Position numbers and translations under genes: made by a program. From Octopus vulgaris (taxonomy: Eukaryota), in assembly GCA_951406725.2 (NCBI GenBank), contig OX597816.1, positions 175,522,001 to 175,586,000 of the forward strand: a stretch of DNA of 64,000 nucleotides. Reading direction: 5' to 3'. Below the pieces are notes generated by a model. That model had not been told where the DNA came from, searched no databases, and saw only the letters and a list, made by a program, of their open reading frames with translations. Of this stretch, positions 11,146 to 23,811 are shown one piece after another (within the stretch, counting starts at the first letter, position 1; each line of letters opens with the position of its first letter).

Positions 11146-11266
11146 AAACTGCTAGCAATTACGAGACAGTAATAACAGTTATTATCACATTAGCTAAATC
11201 TACAGGAACAGGTGCTTGGGCTGCTTTACAAGTTTTAACAGCTGAGATGTTTCCTACAGTTGTCAG
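11146..11266 (+). CDS. SLC22-family transporter exon: (E)TASNYETVITVIITLAKSTGTGAWAALQVLTAEMFPTVVR
   Basis: ttacag| acceptor and AG|gtaagt donor. Contains the SLC22 signature E-x-F-P-T-x-x-R. Confidence 0.92.
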
Positions 11267-11578
11267 GTAAGTGTGGTTTGTGAAGTGATTTCTTTTTTTA
11301 CATATAATACAAATATGTGAGTAGCAGATGAAGATCCTGTAGAGAGTACATGCTACTGACAAAGCCCAATGAGGCAGAAATGTGGATCTAGTATCGTCAC
11401 TGCCACTAATGCTAACTATATATTTATGTTTTACGCACAGGTTGTTTATTCTATAATAGATATTATCTCCGGATCAATACTGCCGTTAATTTGCCTTTTT
11501 TTTGGTGTATTTGCAATTAGCATTAAATAATTCACAGAAGGCTATTTTGCTGCTGCTTCTGTTGCACATAAATATATT

Positions 11579-11635
<57 letters not shown>

Positions 11636-11759
11636 ATACATATCATCATCATCATAACATTTAATGCATATATATATATATACACATATGCATACACACA
11701 CATCACACTCTGGCGAAGACACCTGGCCTTGCTTGGGATTCAAATGGCATAGTTTTTTT

Positions 11760-11955
11760 TTATTGTTTCACTGGTTTCAGTCATGTAACTTCAGACATGC
11801 AAGAACACTGCTGTTGGTCGATCAAATCAATCATAGGATTTATTCTTTGTAAGCTTAGTACTTATTCTATCCATGTCTTTTGCTGAATTGCTAAGTTAAG
11901 AGGATACGTAAACATAGTAACACCTGTCGTCAAGCAATTTTTGGGGTACAAACAC
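11760..11955 (-). mobile_element. SINE 3' fragment (same family as 11973-12345)
   Basis: Reverse complement of the GATAGAATAAGTACT..CTTACAAAGAATAA..TGACTGAAAC tail. Confidence 0.6.
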
Positions 11956-11972
11956 ACACACATGCACACATA

Positions 11973-12143
11973 GGCGCAGGAGTGGCTGTGTGGTAAGTAG
12001 CTTGCTAACCAACCACATGGTTCCGGGTTCAGTCCCACTGCGTGGCACCTTGGGCAAGTGTCTTCTGCTATATCCCCGGGCCGACCAATGCCTTGTGAGT
12101 GGATTTGGTAGACGGAAACTGAAAGAAGCCTGTCGTATATATG

Positions 12144-12176
<33 letters not shown>

Positions 12177-12345
12177 TTGTGTGCTGGTGTGTTTACATCC
12201 CCGTCACTTAGCGGTTCGGCAAAAAGAGACCGATAGAATAAGTACTGGGCTTACAAAGAATAAGTCCCGGGGTCGATTTGCTCGACTAAAAAAAAGGCGG
12301 TGCTCCAGCATGGCCGCAGTCAAATGACTGAAACAAGTAAAAGAG
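11973..12345 (+). mobile_element. tRNA-headed SINE with CORE-like segment and internal (TA)n(TG)n tract
   Basis: A-box-like TGGCTGTGTGG, B-box-like GGTTCAGTCCC, ACCTTGGGCAAGTG. Further copies at 38915-39312, 59943-60358 and the split copy 60608/63898. Confidence 0.85.
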
Positions 12346-12733
12346 TATACACACAAATATATACATTATACAACAGTCTTCTTTCTGTTTGCATGTATGA
12401 AATCAACTCACAAGGCCTTGGTCAGCCTGAGGCTATAATATATGTATCTATCAATCCATATATATGTATATACACACACACACACACACACACTAGAACT
12501 ATAAAAATCTGTAAAACATTCAAGAAGTTTATCATCTAAATATATATATATGAGCATGTCTAGATATGCAACTACATGCATAAAACAAAGCATAGAAATC
12601 TGCACATATACATACATACAAACAAAAATACTCTGTTGCTGATGTTGAAATTCCAATGAAGGAGTCTTGGATCTAGGTTAGAAACCGGCTCTTTCTCTAT
12701 TGGCAAGAAATCTTGAAATAAAACTATATAGTT

Positions 12734-12992
12734 ACATGCATACATACATACATACATACATACATACATGCATACATACATACATACATACATACATACA
12801 TACATACATGCATGCATGCATGCATGCATACATACATACATACATGCATGCATGCATGCATACATACATACATATATACATACATGCATGCATGCATACA
12901 TACATACATACATACATACATACATGCATGCATGCATGCATACATACATACATACGTACACACATACATAAACACATACATAAATACATACA
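12734..12992. repeat. (TACA)n/(TGCA)n microsatellite
   Basis: Direct observation. Confidence 0.95.
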
Positions 12993-13545
12993 TGGTGGCT
13001 GCCCCCTCGTTATCGAGTATGGCCATTGCACAAAGCTTAATCAATGTTGTTATCGTGCAATGCCTGTGCAAGAAGATATTTTTTAAAGTGAAGAAAGGCT
13101 GTGCACTGAGTCAATCTCACTCACTAAGCAACAGCAGCCATAACCCGAAAAGAAGAACAAGTCAACATCATCGGTAGCCACTGAGCCGCAGGTTTTATGT
13201 CGGAGTTATCCCAGTTACCTGAGTTGCCTTCTCCTAGAAGGATGCCCTGACAAAGGCTAGGAGTCCTTCACTCCCGATGGTTTAACTGTGCCATCGGGTA
13301 TTCAGTCCGATTATTTCTATGTCCCCACGCATGATACAGCCTTAAGACATTTATTGGCTGGCCGTTGACTCTCAAGAGTTCCTCCGCCCTTTGACGGGTT
13401 TTGTTTTTTATCCCGCAGGGTGTCCAATAAACACCCTCCTCACCAAGCAAGCTTGGTGGGGTTGCCGGTTTAGTCGCCGACAGCCAGACCATGCAGCAGG
13501 TTGTACTGGGTTACATGTTACCAGTAGCACTTGAAAGTGATCTGA
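12993..13545 (-). mobile_element. Short non-coding element with an RTE-type tail (putative bipartite non-autonomous RTE)
   Basis: 3' end TGGCTGCCCCCTCGTTATCGA (plus strand) is identical to the end of the RTE at about 47205. Contains an RTE-5'UTR-like CTAGGAGAAGGCAACTC motif on -. Confidence 0.55.
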
Positions 13546-13945
13546 CATATACATGTACATACATACACACACACACTACGCACGCACGCATGCACGCACA
13601 CACAAACACACACATACACACATACATACATACATACATACTTGGTGTGTACAGCATGATGTACAGTTTCTGCTGTTGAATTTATAATGCAATAAAGTGT
13701 TCTCCTAATGATCTGTTGTGGTTAAGCAACCAGTTACACTTGAACCATCCAGTGCTGTTGTTCCAAACACTCACAATGATGAAACGTACATAAGGAACAG
13801 ATGATATAAACCTGTGTTTTGTGTTTATTATAATGTCGTGTGTGTGTGTGTGTGTGTTTGTGTGTCTATGTATGTGTGTATATATGTGTGGCATGAGAAT
13901 ATGTATGGATCTTTACTGTAACCATTCTATTCTATTTCATTTTAG

Positions 13946-14018
13946 GTCTCTCGGCATTGCTGCTTGCTCAACAATGGCCCGTATTGGTGCTATTATTGCC
14001 ATGTTGATACTTACATTG
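13946..14018 (+). CDS. SLC22-family transporter exon: (R)SLGIAACSTMARIGAIIAMLILTL
   Basis: ttttag|G acceptor and TTG|gtaaga donor. TM11-type motif G...S..ARIG.I.A. Phases are consistent. Confidence 0.92.
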
Positions 14019-14071
14019 GTAAGATACCTTCTGTCGATGACAGAATATTTTAGTCTTTTGTTATATGATAG

Positions 14072-14390
14072 GTGAATGTATGGTGGTCTACTAATCATCT
14101 GAATATATGGTCTGGAGGTTTGGTCATGTGAATATATGGTGTGGACATCTAGTCATATGTGTAGAGGTCTGGTCATGTGAATACATGCTGTGGTGTTCTG
14201 GTCATAAAAATATATGGTGTGAAGGTCTAGTCATATGACTATATAGTTTGGAGGTTTGGTTATGTGAATATCTAGGGTGGAGGTCTGGTCATATGAATAT
14301 ATGGGGTGGACATCTGGTTATGTGAATATATGGTGTGGAGGTCTGGTCATATAATATATGGTGAAAAGCTCTGGTCATGTGAATATATAT
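14072..14390. repeat. About 29-bp minisatellite (GAATATATGGTGTGGAGGTCTGGTCATGT), about 11 degenerate units
   Basis: Direct observation just downstream of the exon ending at 14018. Confidence 0.85.
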
Positions 14391-14464
14391 ATAGTAAAGG
14401 ACATTTTAAACCATGATGACAACACATTTTATATATGAGTGTGTTTGTGAGTGTGTGTGTGTTG

Positions 14465-15114
14465 TGTGTTCAATATGTACGAGATAGTAAAGGACATTTT
14501 AGATCAGGCTGTTCAATACCCTGTTGAATTTCTGAACACACTCAAACTCACTTCACTGCATAACTTGACAGTAAAGCTGGATGCTTCCATTATATTGCTT
14601 AGGAATCTTGAAACACCTTGCTTGTGTAATGGAACTCTCTTAATTGTTACTTCCATGAAGCCCCATGTCCTACAGGCAACAATCATAACAGGTAATCACA
14701 AAGAAGAAAATGTCTTCATTCCAAAATTTCCTCTCATACCTATAGATGTCTACAGATGTAGACGCTTCAGTTTCCAGTCAAACTTGGTTTTGGTATTTTA
14801 ATTAACAAATCTCAGGGTCAATCCCTCAATTTAGTTGGACTTCATCTCTCTACTACATGCTTCTCCCATGAGTTGGAAGCAGCAACAATTTATTCATTTG
14901 GACACCAACAAAAAATTACACAATGAATATTGTTTACCCTGAGGTACTTCAAGATTGACAGATTTTCAGTTCTAAATTCTATTATTATTACAATTTGGAT
15001 ATTTTTAATAAAATATAGACATTTTGAAATAATTATGAGAAAAAAAATATATCTTCCTATTTCTTGCTGAATAAGAACAGCAGAAACCTGGCCAACATTG
15101 GGTAATTCAATTAG
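14465..15114 (+). mobile_element. Helitron 3' fragment (PIF1-like helicase C-terminus, decayed)
   Basis: YPVEFLNTL..HNL..K....IILLRNL...LCNGT.L, then INKSQGQSL..VG in another frame. A degenerate subterminal hairpin CCTGGCCAACATTGGG precedes a ..TTAG end. Confidence 0.8.
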
Positions 15115-15189
15115 ACTGAAGATATAGAGTGATAGGAATTTCGATTCTGATCGAAATTCCTATCACTCTATATATTCAGTCTAATTGAA

Positions 15190-15590
15190 ATTGCAGATGT
15201 GTTACCAGTGCCGGTGGTATGTAAGAGAACCTTCCGTTTCACGACTGTTGCCAGCGCCGCCGCGACTGGCCTCGTGCCGGTGGCACGTAAAAAGCACCAT
15301 CTGTTCGTGTCCGTTGCCAGCCTCACCTGGCCCTCGTGCCGGTGGCACATAAAAAGCACCATCCGTTCGTGGCCGTTTCCCAGCTCTGTCTGGCACCTGT
15401 GCGGGTGGCACGTAAAAAGCACCGACTACACTCACGGAGTGGTTCGCGTTAGGAAGGGCATCCAGCTGTAGAAACACTGCCAGATCAAACTGGGCCTGAT
15501 GAAGCCTTCTGGCTTCACAGACCCCAGTAGAACCGTCCAACCCATGCTAGCATGGAAAACGGACGCTAAACGATGATGATGATGATGATA
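15190..15590 (-). mobile_element. Solo RTE-family 3' UTR/tail copy
   Basis: Same repeated GTGGCACGTAAAAAGCACC units and GTTAGGAAGGGCATCCAGC..(GAT)n end as the RTE tails. Reads on the + strand in the same orientation as the tail at 5880-6307; no ORF. Confidence 0.75.
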
Positions 15591-16299
15591 GGAATAGTAA
15601 TCTATTAATTTGTTTTTTTCCCATTGTTTAGTAGTCTCTTGTAGCTGATTGGTTAGATGAAGGTAGTTAATCAACCATATTATTTGTTTTCCAGCTCTGT
15701 TTCAGATTGTTATTTGGAGACAGGTTGACTGAGATTTTAGACAAAAAAAAATTATCCTTATTTTAAAGATGATATTGCTGGGGAACACTGAACTGAATGA
15801 AGTTCCTCTTAGGTGAAGCTACTCCATAGAAATCTCCTTTTCAGTTAATATTTGATATGTTAGATGTATATAGAGTGGCTGAATGTTTAGCCACCAAACA
15901 ATACTTTTTTGATGGATGCTGAAATACATCTTGAATGTTTTGAGGGATGTAAATGAATATTTGACCTGAAGTTGGGAATATCTTGCCAGATGTGGTGTTC
16001 TGTGTGGTTAAATGTTTGTTCATGTATTTGTGACTGACTGATCAACAAGATGGTGTAATATGATGTATGGCTGTGTTTACAGTTCAATGAGTGATTAACC
16101 AAATGTGATTGTAGTACTGTGATTGATTGATTTCAGTTCTGGTATTATGAATGGTTGGCAACATGTGGTTTTAACTTAATGAATGACTGGTCATGTGATC
16201 AAACAAATGTAATGACAATGTATAAAAAAATTACAACACAGAAAATGTTCTAGAAAAATCTATTAATTATTTTTATTTCTTTCTTAATTTCTATTGTAG

Positions 16300-16422
16300 G
16301 ACGAATTAGGAAAATTAATACCATTTATCATTTTTGGAATTGAATGTATACTATTTTCTGTTGTACTTCTGTTCCTGCCAGAAACATCTGGATTGCCATT
16401 AAAAGACATCTTAAATAAATAA
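16300..16422 (+). CDS. SLC22-family transporter last coding exon: DELGKLIPFIIFGIECILFSVVLLFLPETSGLPLKDILNK*
   Basis: Polypyrimidine tract plus tgtag| acceptor. P.IIFG and LPET.G..L motifs. TAA at 16420-16422 overlaps AATAAA. Confidence 0.92.
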   Translation, partial: DELGKLIPFIIFGIECILFSVVLLFLPETSGLPLKDILNK

Positions 16423-16498
16423 AGCTCCAAAATATGCATTTAAAATGTGTTAACTTCCATTAATTTTTTGAGGGATTTGTGATGAAATTTTTATCTGA

Positions 16499-16705
16499 CC
16501 CTTTAGTATTCAGATTATTCTGTCAAATATAAGGCTTATTTATTCATATTGTTTTGAATCAATCATCTTATAGCTTTGAGATTTCGATGATGTTGTTTAC
16601 TTTTAGAATGATATGTAGGGTAGGTTTGAGATGCCATATCTGTTTGGTTTGAACATAAAACAGGTAGAATATTGGCTGGATTTGGCTGGTTTAAATACTA
16701 AAGGA
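16499..16705. mobile_element. piggyBac-like MITE (CCCTTTAG.. TIR)
   Basis: CCCTTTAGTATT..AATACTAAAGG ends. A related copy at about 56945-57161 ends TAAAGGG TTAA. Confidence 0.55.
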
Positions 16706-16857
16706 TTGATATATGTTTTCTTCACTGAACATTAGTCATTGTGCTTTATGTTAATCATATAAAGCAGTGATTATTATTTCTGTTCAGTGCCTTTTCCAAC
16801 GTTATCTGGGTTAAAAAAATATCTCGTAACTGTACAGGTAACATTACAACGTTGCAC

Positions 16858-19800
16858 CAGTGATTCTCAACCATGTTTTATCTAGGGATCCTTTAATTAC
16901 TATTTTATTCTGGTGGAATATTTTGATTATACCCTTACACACTCATACAAGCACCCTGATGAGTGTCGTTTACAGTTAAAGGTACCTCATATATAAATAT
17001 TTAGACATATAATACTTAAACTGCCCTATGTAACCACTCTATTCTCATACCCACTTGTTGGCTCTTGCTCTAGATATTGGATGATGTGGGAGGGAAACTG
17101 ATTCATTGTAATTCACTGAGTAAAATATGTATCAAAGCTCTATGCTAACTGGCAACCTTTTTCGCAGATCATCGGTTCAGGTGATAACATTTTCACGAAT
17201 ACCTTGCCACCACCACTCACAAGTACTCAACTTCAGGGCCACTACCATCAATGTTAGCACAATGAAAGGATGGAGTGGGGAGATTGATGTGTGTGGTGTG
17301 CAAGAAGTAAGTTGGAGGGGAGCCTCAGCTAGATTTCTCACGGGTAATTCTGGATTGGCAGGAAGGATGGAGTAGGTGGTGTAGCCATACTGTTAGCAGA
17401 AAAGTGGGTAGATAAGCTAATTGAGGTAGTCAGAGTATGTGAGAGGGTAATTAAGATGAGTCTTATAATAGATGAATTAACAGTTACATTTGTTTCTGCC
17501 TCTGGTCTTCAATCTGGGCTGACTGATAAAAAGGACCAATTCTATGAGGTCCTTTTGCAGACCACCTCAATGAAAAATGCCAGAGACATTGTTATTGTGA
17601 CTGGTGACTTCAGTGGACATGTTGGACAGCACCTCCATGGATTCCAAGGAGTGCATGAAGCTATGGCTTGGACCTAAAAATGACGAGGGAACAAGACTGC
17701 TGGAGTTCTGTGATGCAAACGATCTCATAATCTGCAACACTAACTTCAAAAAACCAGGCAGCCACCTAATCACTTATGAGTCTGGTGAGCACATAAGCCA
17801 GATTGACTACCTCTTCGCCAGGCAACGAGATAAATGGATGCTTAAAAATGCAAAGTCTTTCCCAGGTGTAGAGGGTACAACTCAACAGGTTGCTAGTTAG
17901 TGACTTCAGAATTAGAGCTAGAAAGACCCGGAGAAATAAACCAATCAGGAAAAGAAAACTATGGAAGCTCAACAACCCAGCTAACAGACAAAAATTTAGA
18001 GATTTACTAATGGAAATTTCTGACGATAGAGAGGAAGAGTTGGGAACATATAGCTTAGAGGACAACTGAAAGTTCCTGTGGGACAATCTACTGAGGGCTA
18101 CGGACGAAATCTGTGCTTTGTGCAGAGTCCCAGCTAGACTAAGGGTGACATGGTGGTAGAGCAGTGCTATAAAAGCAAAAAGACAAGCTTGGAAAGACTG
18201 GAAAAACGGTGGAAGCAGAGAATTATATCAGGTAGCCAAAGGGACAGCTAAGCGTCAGGTATACGCAGCAAAAGGAGTAGCTGAAGGTAAGAGATTTGCA
18301 AATGTTCTACAGCGTGAGGATCAGAGGTGTGAGGTGTTCAGGATTGCAAAGTAGTGTATCAAGAGAGAATAGAGATGTGGTGGGTGAGAAATATGTGCGA
18401 ATGGATAATGGTATGCTTGCTCTTAGTGACTCAGAGAAGAAAGATGCATGGAAGTGCCTCTATGAAAGATTACTAAATGTGGAAAATGAGTGGGAGAAGG
18501 AGAGTCTACCAAATATCGAACTAATTGTGGGACCAGCCATCAGAGTTGACAGCAGCATAATAGATAAGGCAATTAAGGACATGGGGAAGCCTCTGGGCCA
18601 TCAGGAATCACTGCCGTGAGGATTACAATTTCCGGTAGTGTAGGATACAACTTAGGTTATTCAGGAAGGCACAATCCCCAATAACTGGTGTAGTAGTATT
18701 ATAGTTAGCTACTATATGGGTAAAGGCGATGACTTAGATAGAAACAACTACTAAACCAAGTCATGAAAGTTACTGAGAGAGTTATAACTCAATTGGTTAG
18801 AAATAGAATTTAACCCGATGAGATGCAGTTTGATTTTGTGCCTGGGAAAAGAACCACAGATGCCATCTTCCAAGTGAGACAGCTGCAGGAAAAGTACTTG
18901 GCCAAAAGTAAGCCATTGGACTTAGCCTTCGTCGATCTGGAGAAAGCTTTCGACAGAGTTCCCCACTCTGTTATATGGTGGTGGTCTCTAAGAAAGTTAG
19001 GAGTAGAGGAGTGGCTTGTTAGAGCTGTACAAGCCATGTACAGTGGTGTTGCCAGTAGGGTGAGAGTCGGCCATGAATACAGCAATTAATTTACCATACA
19101 GGTAGGGGCTCACCAGGGCTCAGTTCTCAGCCCACTGTTATTCATTATAGTCCTCCAGGCCATAACAGAGGAATTCAAAACTAGGTGCCCATGGGAATTG
19201 CTATGTGCTGATGACCTTGCTCTTATTGCAGGATCTTTAGCAGAATTGGAGAAGAAATTCCAGGTTTGGAAACAAAAGACCTGCCCACGTCAGCGAAACA
19301 GATCTAGAAGCGCTGGATATCCCACCCACACTTAACAAGAAAACTTCTCACGCATTCTACCACAACAAACCAAGTTACACCTCTACACCTCTCCTCTTCC
19401 TCATACTTCCACTTCATGCACTATGCTTACCTCCCACTCTCCAATCCTGTCCACTTGGCCCCGTGCCACTGTATCATTGCTATCTGCTAGCTCCCTTCCT
19501 GTGTGTTCCAACCCACATGTAACAAGAACACTTTCCACACACCCTACCGCAACAAACCAATCTACATTTCCACATCTCTTCCTCACATTTCCTCCTTCAT
19601 TCACTATGCCTACCTCTCACTCCCCAAACCTGTTCTCACAGCCCTGTTCCTCTCTATCATTACTATGGGTAACCATGTATTTCTTTTGTGGCAGCGCATC
19701 TGTTTCTGTCTTAATTCCTGATATCTCTTTCTCTTTCTCTCCGGCCGGGTAACCTTGTACCTCTTCTACAGCAAGACTCCTGTTTCTACCTCTCTGTCTC

Positions 19801-20443
19801 ACGATAACCTTTCATCATCCGACACAAGATCACCTCCACCAATGCCCCCTCCCCTCTCAAAAGATTTTTGTCTTGCAGGTTACTTGGTGACCCTGTCAGT
19901 GCAGGTGTGACTTAAAAAAAACATCCAGTCCACACTGTAAAGTGGTTGGTGTTTGGAAGGGCATCCATCTGTAAAAAAACCTTGCCAAAACTGACCTCGC
20001 CCGTACTTGTGCCACGTAAAAAGCATTAAGTTCACTCTGCTAAGTGGTTGGTGTTAGGAAGGGTATCCAGTTGTAAAAATCCTGCCAAAACAGTTGCAGA
20101 AGTCTGGTGCAGGCTTTTGCCTGGCCGGCTTCTGTCAAACCGTCCCACTCATACCAGCATGGAAAGCGGACATTGAATGATGATGATGATGATGGATCCT
20201 TATAGCCAATCAGTGTTTAAAAAATTAGTTTTATAGATGCTCTTTTCTAAATTCCTATTTTGTATCTCACACATTAACTTGTGTAGGTTGAATTATACAA
20301 AACGTCAGAGAAAGAAACCTGTTTCTTGCTATGAATACTTTTTCATGGTCACTGAAAATAAAACTGTTGACCCCCAATTTACTATTTTGCTTGTGTGAAT
20401 CACCAAAAGTCTTACATGGACTCCTAGGGGTTGAGAACCACTG
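16858..20443. mobile_element. hAT-type MITE (CAGTG(A/G)TTCTCAACC TIRs) split by nested LINE insertion(s)
   Basis: Left TIR at 16858, right TIR GGTTGAGAACCACTG ending 20443. The 8-bp flanks CGTTGCAC and CATTACAC match at 6/8. Confidence 0.6.
17200..20193 (+). mobile_element. Decayed RTE-clade LINE (APE endonuclease, RT, 3' UTR) with an unrelated pyrimidine-rich insert at about 19280-19860
   Basis: VQEV.W, GDFSGHVG, LLEFCDANDLIICNT.FKK, QIDY, DLEKAFDRV. Many stops and frameshifts. (GAT)n tail at 20178-20193. Confidence 0.85.
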
Positions 20444-20450
20444 CATTACA

Positions 20451-20705
20451 CATCATCATCATCATCATCATCATCATCATTATTTAACGTCTGTTTTCCA
20501 TGGATGAGACATTTTGAGTAGAGATAGTAAGCCAGAGAGCTGCACAAGACTCCACTCTGTTTTGGCTTGGTTTCCTATGGCTGAATGCCCTTCCTAATGC
20601 CAACCACTCCACAGAGTGTACTGGATGCCCTTTTTGTGTCATCGGCACGAGTGCCTCATATGTGTCACTGGCACAAGTGTCTATAACACATCACTGGCAC
20701 CATTA
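20451..20705 (-). mobile_element. RTE-tail-derived repeat fragment
   Basis: (CAT)n then TTTAACGTCTGTTTTCCATG...GCCCTTCCTAATGCCAACCACT. Confidence 0.7.
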
Positions 20706-20945
20706 TGAAAAGTAACTCCTCTAATACATGTATACAATTGGGATGAATGTAGGCTATCAAATGCCGAAGGGCAGTAAGCTGAAGCTTCGAAGTCACTGTC
20801 AACTTTTTTTTTATTGGAATAATCAATAAATCTGTGCACCACTAAAACGTATTTAACGATCCTTCAGTTGAGGGTTAAATATTTTGGAGATGTAAAAACA
20901 AACATGCACACACACACACATACATACATACATACATACATACAT

Positions 20946-21006
<61 letters not shown>

Positions 21007-21228
21007 AATACATACATACATACACGCAAACATACATACATGCATGCATTTCCAAGGGCAGCTAGCTGGAAGCATTTTAAGGATGCCAGACAAAATGCTA
21101 CGTGACATTTTGTCCGTCTTCACGTTCTGCATTCAAATTCGGCAAAGGTTGAGTTTGCCTTTCATCCTTTTGGAGTGGGTAAAATAAATACCAGATGATC
21201 AGATGATCACTGGGATCAATGTAATTAA

Positions 21229-21276
<48 letters not shown>

Positions 21277-21660
21277 CACACCCACACACATACATATATG
21301 TATGTGTGTGTGTGTGTGTCATTAATTAGCATTTCTCAGGTGACTCTGTCCTTTAGCCCTGTATATTTCAGGATGATTGAAATGAAAACTCCCTTACTTA
21401 GAAAACAAGAAAGGCTTAGTGACAGGAAGGTCATCTGGCTACAAAACAATATCTTGATATGTATTCTCTAACTCATGGTGGCATGGAAAATGGATTATAT
21501 ATATATATATATATTCAGTAGTTTCAGTGTCACAAGCATTTTAATTAACCTAAAGTGTACTTGTGCGGAGAAACTCCATGAACAACCAACGGCCATCCAA
21601 CAAAATATTCGTAAAAATATGTCTGTAATACACACACACACATATATATGTATATATGTA

Positions 21661-21697
<37 letters not shown>

Positions 21698-21702
<5 letters not shown>

Positions 21703-21900
21703 TAATCCAAACATGAAAACACAAGAGAAAACACAACAACGCGAGGACGTGGAACAAATATAGTATTATTGGATGCTCAGAAAGGAAGGGAAGAAGGAGG
21801 GTTTAACGTTTCGAGCGGAGCTCTTCGTCGGAAACATAGGAAAAGGAAAGATTCAGGGAAGACAGAGGAAAAAAAATCGCCAACGGTACACACGCGGTCA
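21698..21900 (-). mobile_element. Penelope-like pLTR relic with hammerhead-like motif (21801-21835)
   Basis: Minus strand GTTT CCGACGAA GAGC TCC GCTC GAAA CG TT AAAC. Flanked by (TA)n. Confidence 0.55.
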
Positions 21901-21986
21901 TATATACATATATGTGAGACAGCAGGCATATGGGTTTGTAGTTCTTTAGATCTACCGACCCATATGCCTGCTGTCTCACATGTATG

Positions 21987-22044
<58 letters not shown>

Positions 22045-22049
<5 letters not shown>

Positions 22050-22640
22050 ACCTGGGACAGGAAGTGAATATGTGCCGAGATATCGAAAAGGAGATCTCAC
22101 GGAGAGTAAGGGCCAGATGGAAGGCGTTCAATGGCATAAGGGATGTGCTCAAGGGAAGGTTGGACAGGACAACCCGCGCCAACCTCATCAACAGTGCAGT
22201 TCTGCCTGCAATGTTATATGGTAGTGAAACATGGGCTACCACAAAGAGAGAAGAGCAAAGACTGGTAACGGCTCAAAGAGCCATGGAAAGGTCAATGCTT
22301 GGTATCTCGTTGAGAGAGCACATCAGTAGCGAGATCATCAGAAAGAAGACCGGCATGAGAGATGTCATCGTAGAGTATACACGCAGCAAATATAGATGGG
22401 CTGGACACGTCGCCCGGCTCACCGATAATCGGTGGACCCACGCAGTTGTCGAGTGGTACCCGCGCGAGCGGAAAAGACCACCCAGAAGACCTCCACGACG
22501 GTGGAGTTACGATTTCAGGAGGATGATTGGGATCACGTGGATGAGAAAGGCGCAATCCAGAGAAGAGTGGACAGCATGCTGTGACCAGCGGTGTCAAATG
22601 GACGCCTGACGGACTGGTCGGTCAAGGTGATCAAGGTGAT
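22045..22640 (+). mobile_element. 5'-truncated RTE-clade LINE of a second family, open frame to stop
   Basis: YLGQ..., LPAMLYGSETW, QRAMERSMLG, WAGHVAR, R.RPP.RW. The 3' end is CAAGGTGATCAAGGTGAT. Confidence 0.88.
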
Positions 22641-22662
22641 ATACATACATACATACATACAT

Positions 22663-22913
22663 ATCATCATCATCATCATCATCATCATCGTTTAACGTCC
22701 GTTTTCCGCGCTAGCACGGGTTGGACGGTTTCGACCGGGGTCTGGGGAGCTCGGGACTGCCCCAGGCTCCAGTCTAGTCTAGCAGTGTTTCTACAGCTGG
22801 ATGCCCTTCCTAACGCCAACCACTCCGCGAGTGTAGTGGGTGTTTTTACGTGCCACCTGCACAGGTGCCAGAGGGGTCTGGCATCGGCCACGTTCGGATG
22901 GTGCTTTTTATGT
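22663..22913 (-). mobile_element. RTE-family 3' tail copy
   Basis: (CAT)n plus CGTTTAACGTCCGTTTTCC...GCCCTTCCTAACGCCAACCACTCC. Confidence 0.8.
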
Positions 22914-23159
22914 GGGGGGGGGGTATAGAAATATATAGGGGAGCACCAGTGGGGAGGGGTGGTTCAGAGAAATGATGACAGGTTCTAGGCAAGTAGAACG
23001 TAGGATATCAAGAGAGGGGTAATGCATGGTGAAATAGCGTGCTAAGAGGGGGGTTCGAAGAGTAGACACCTATAATGGTGGTGGGAGAAGCGACATCCGG
23101 TATAGATGGAACAAAAATATAGAGATATCCGGTATTGGTGGTGGGGGTGGGCAAGGGCG

Positions 23160-23810
<651 letters not shown>

Positions 23811-23811
23811 T

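Noticed and set aside
11159-11362. Minus-strand ORF overlapping 11146-11266
   Set aside because: Antisense to the SLC22 exon, which has splice sites and family motifs.
11973-12050. tRNA-like sequence with A and B boxes
   Set aside because: It is the head of a multicopy SINE; no complete cloverleaf was found.
14072-14390. Regularly spaced ~29-bp repeats resembling a CRISPR array
   Set aside because: Head-to-tail minisatellite with no unique spacers, eukaryotic intron context and no cas genes.
14451-14801. PIF1-like helicase ORF as a host gene
   Set aside because: Frameshifted, intronic, and followed by a Helitron-type end; a transposon remnant.
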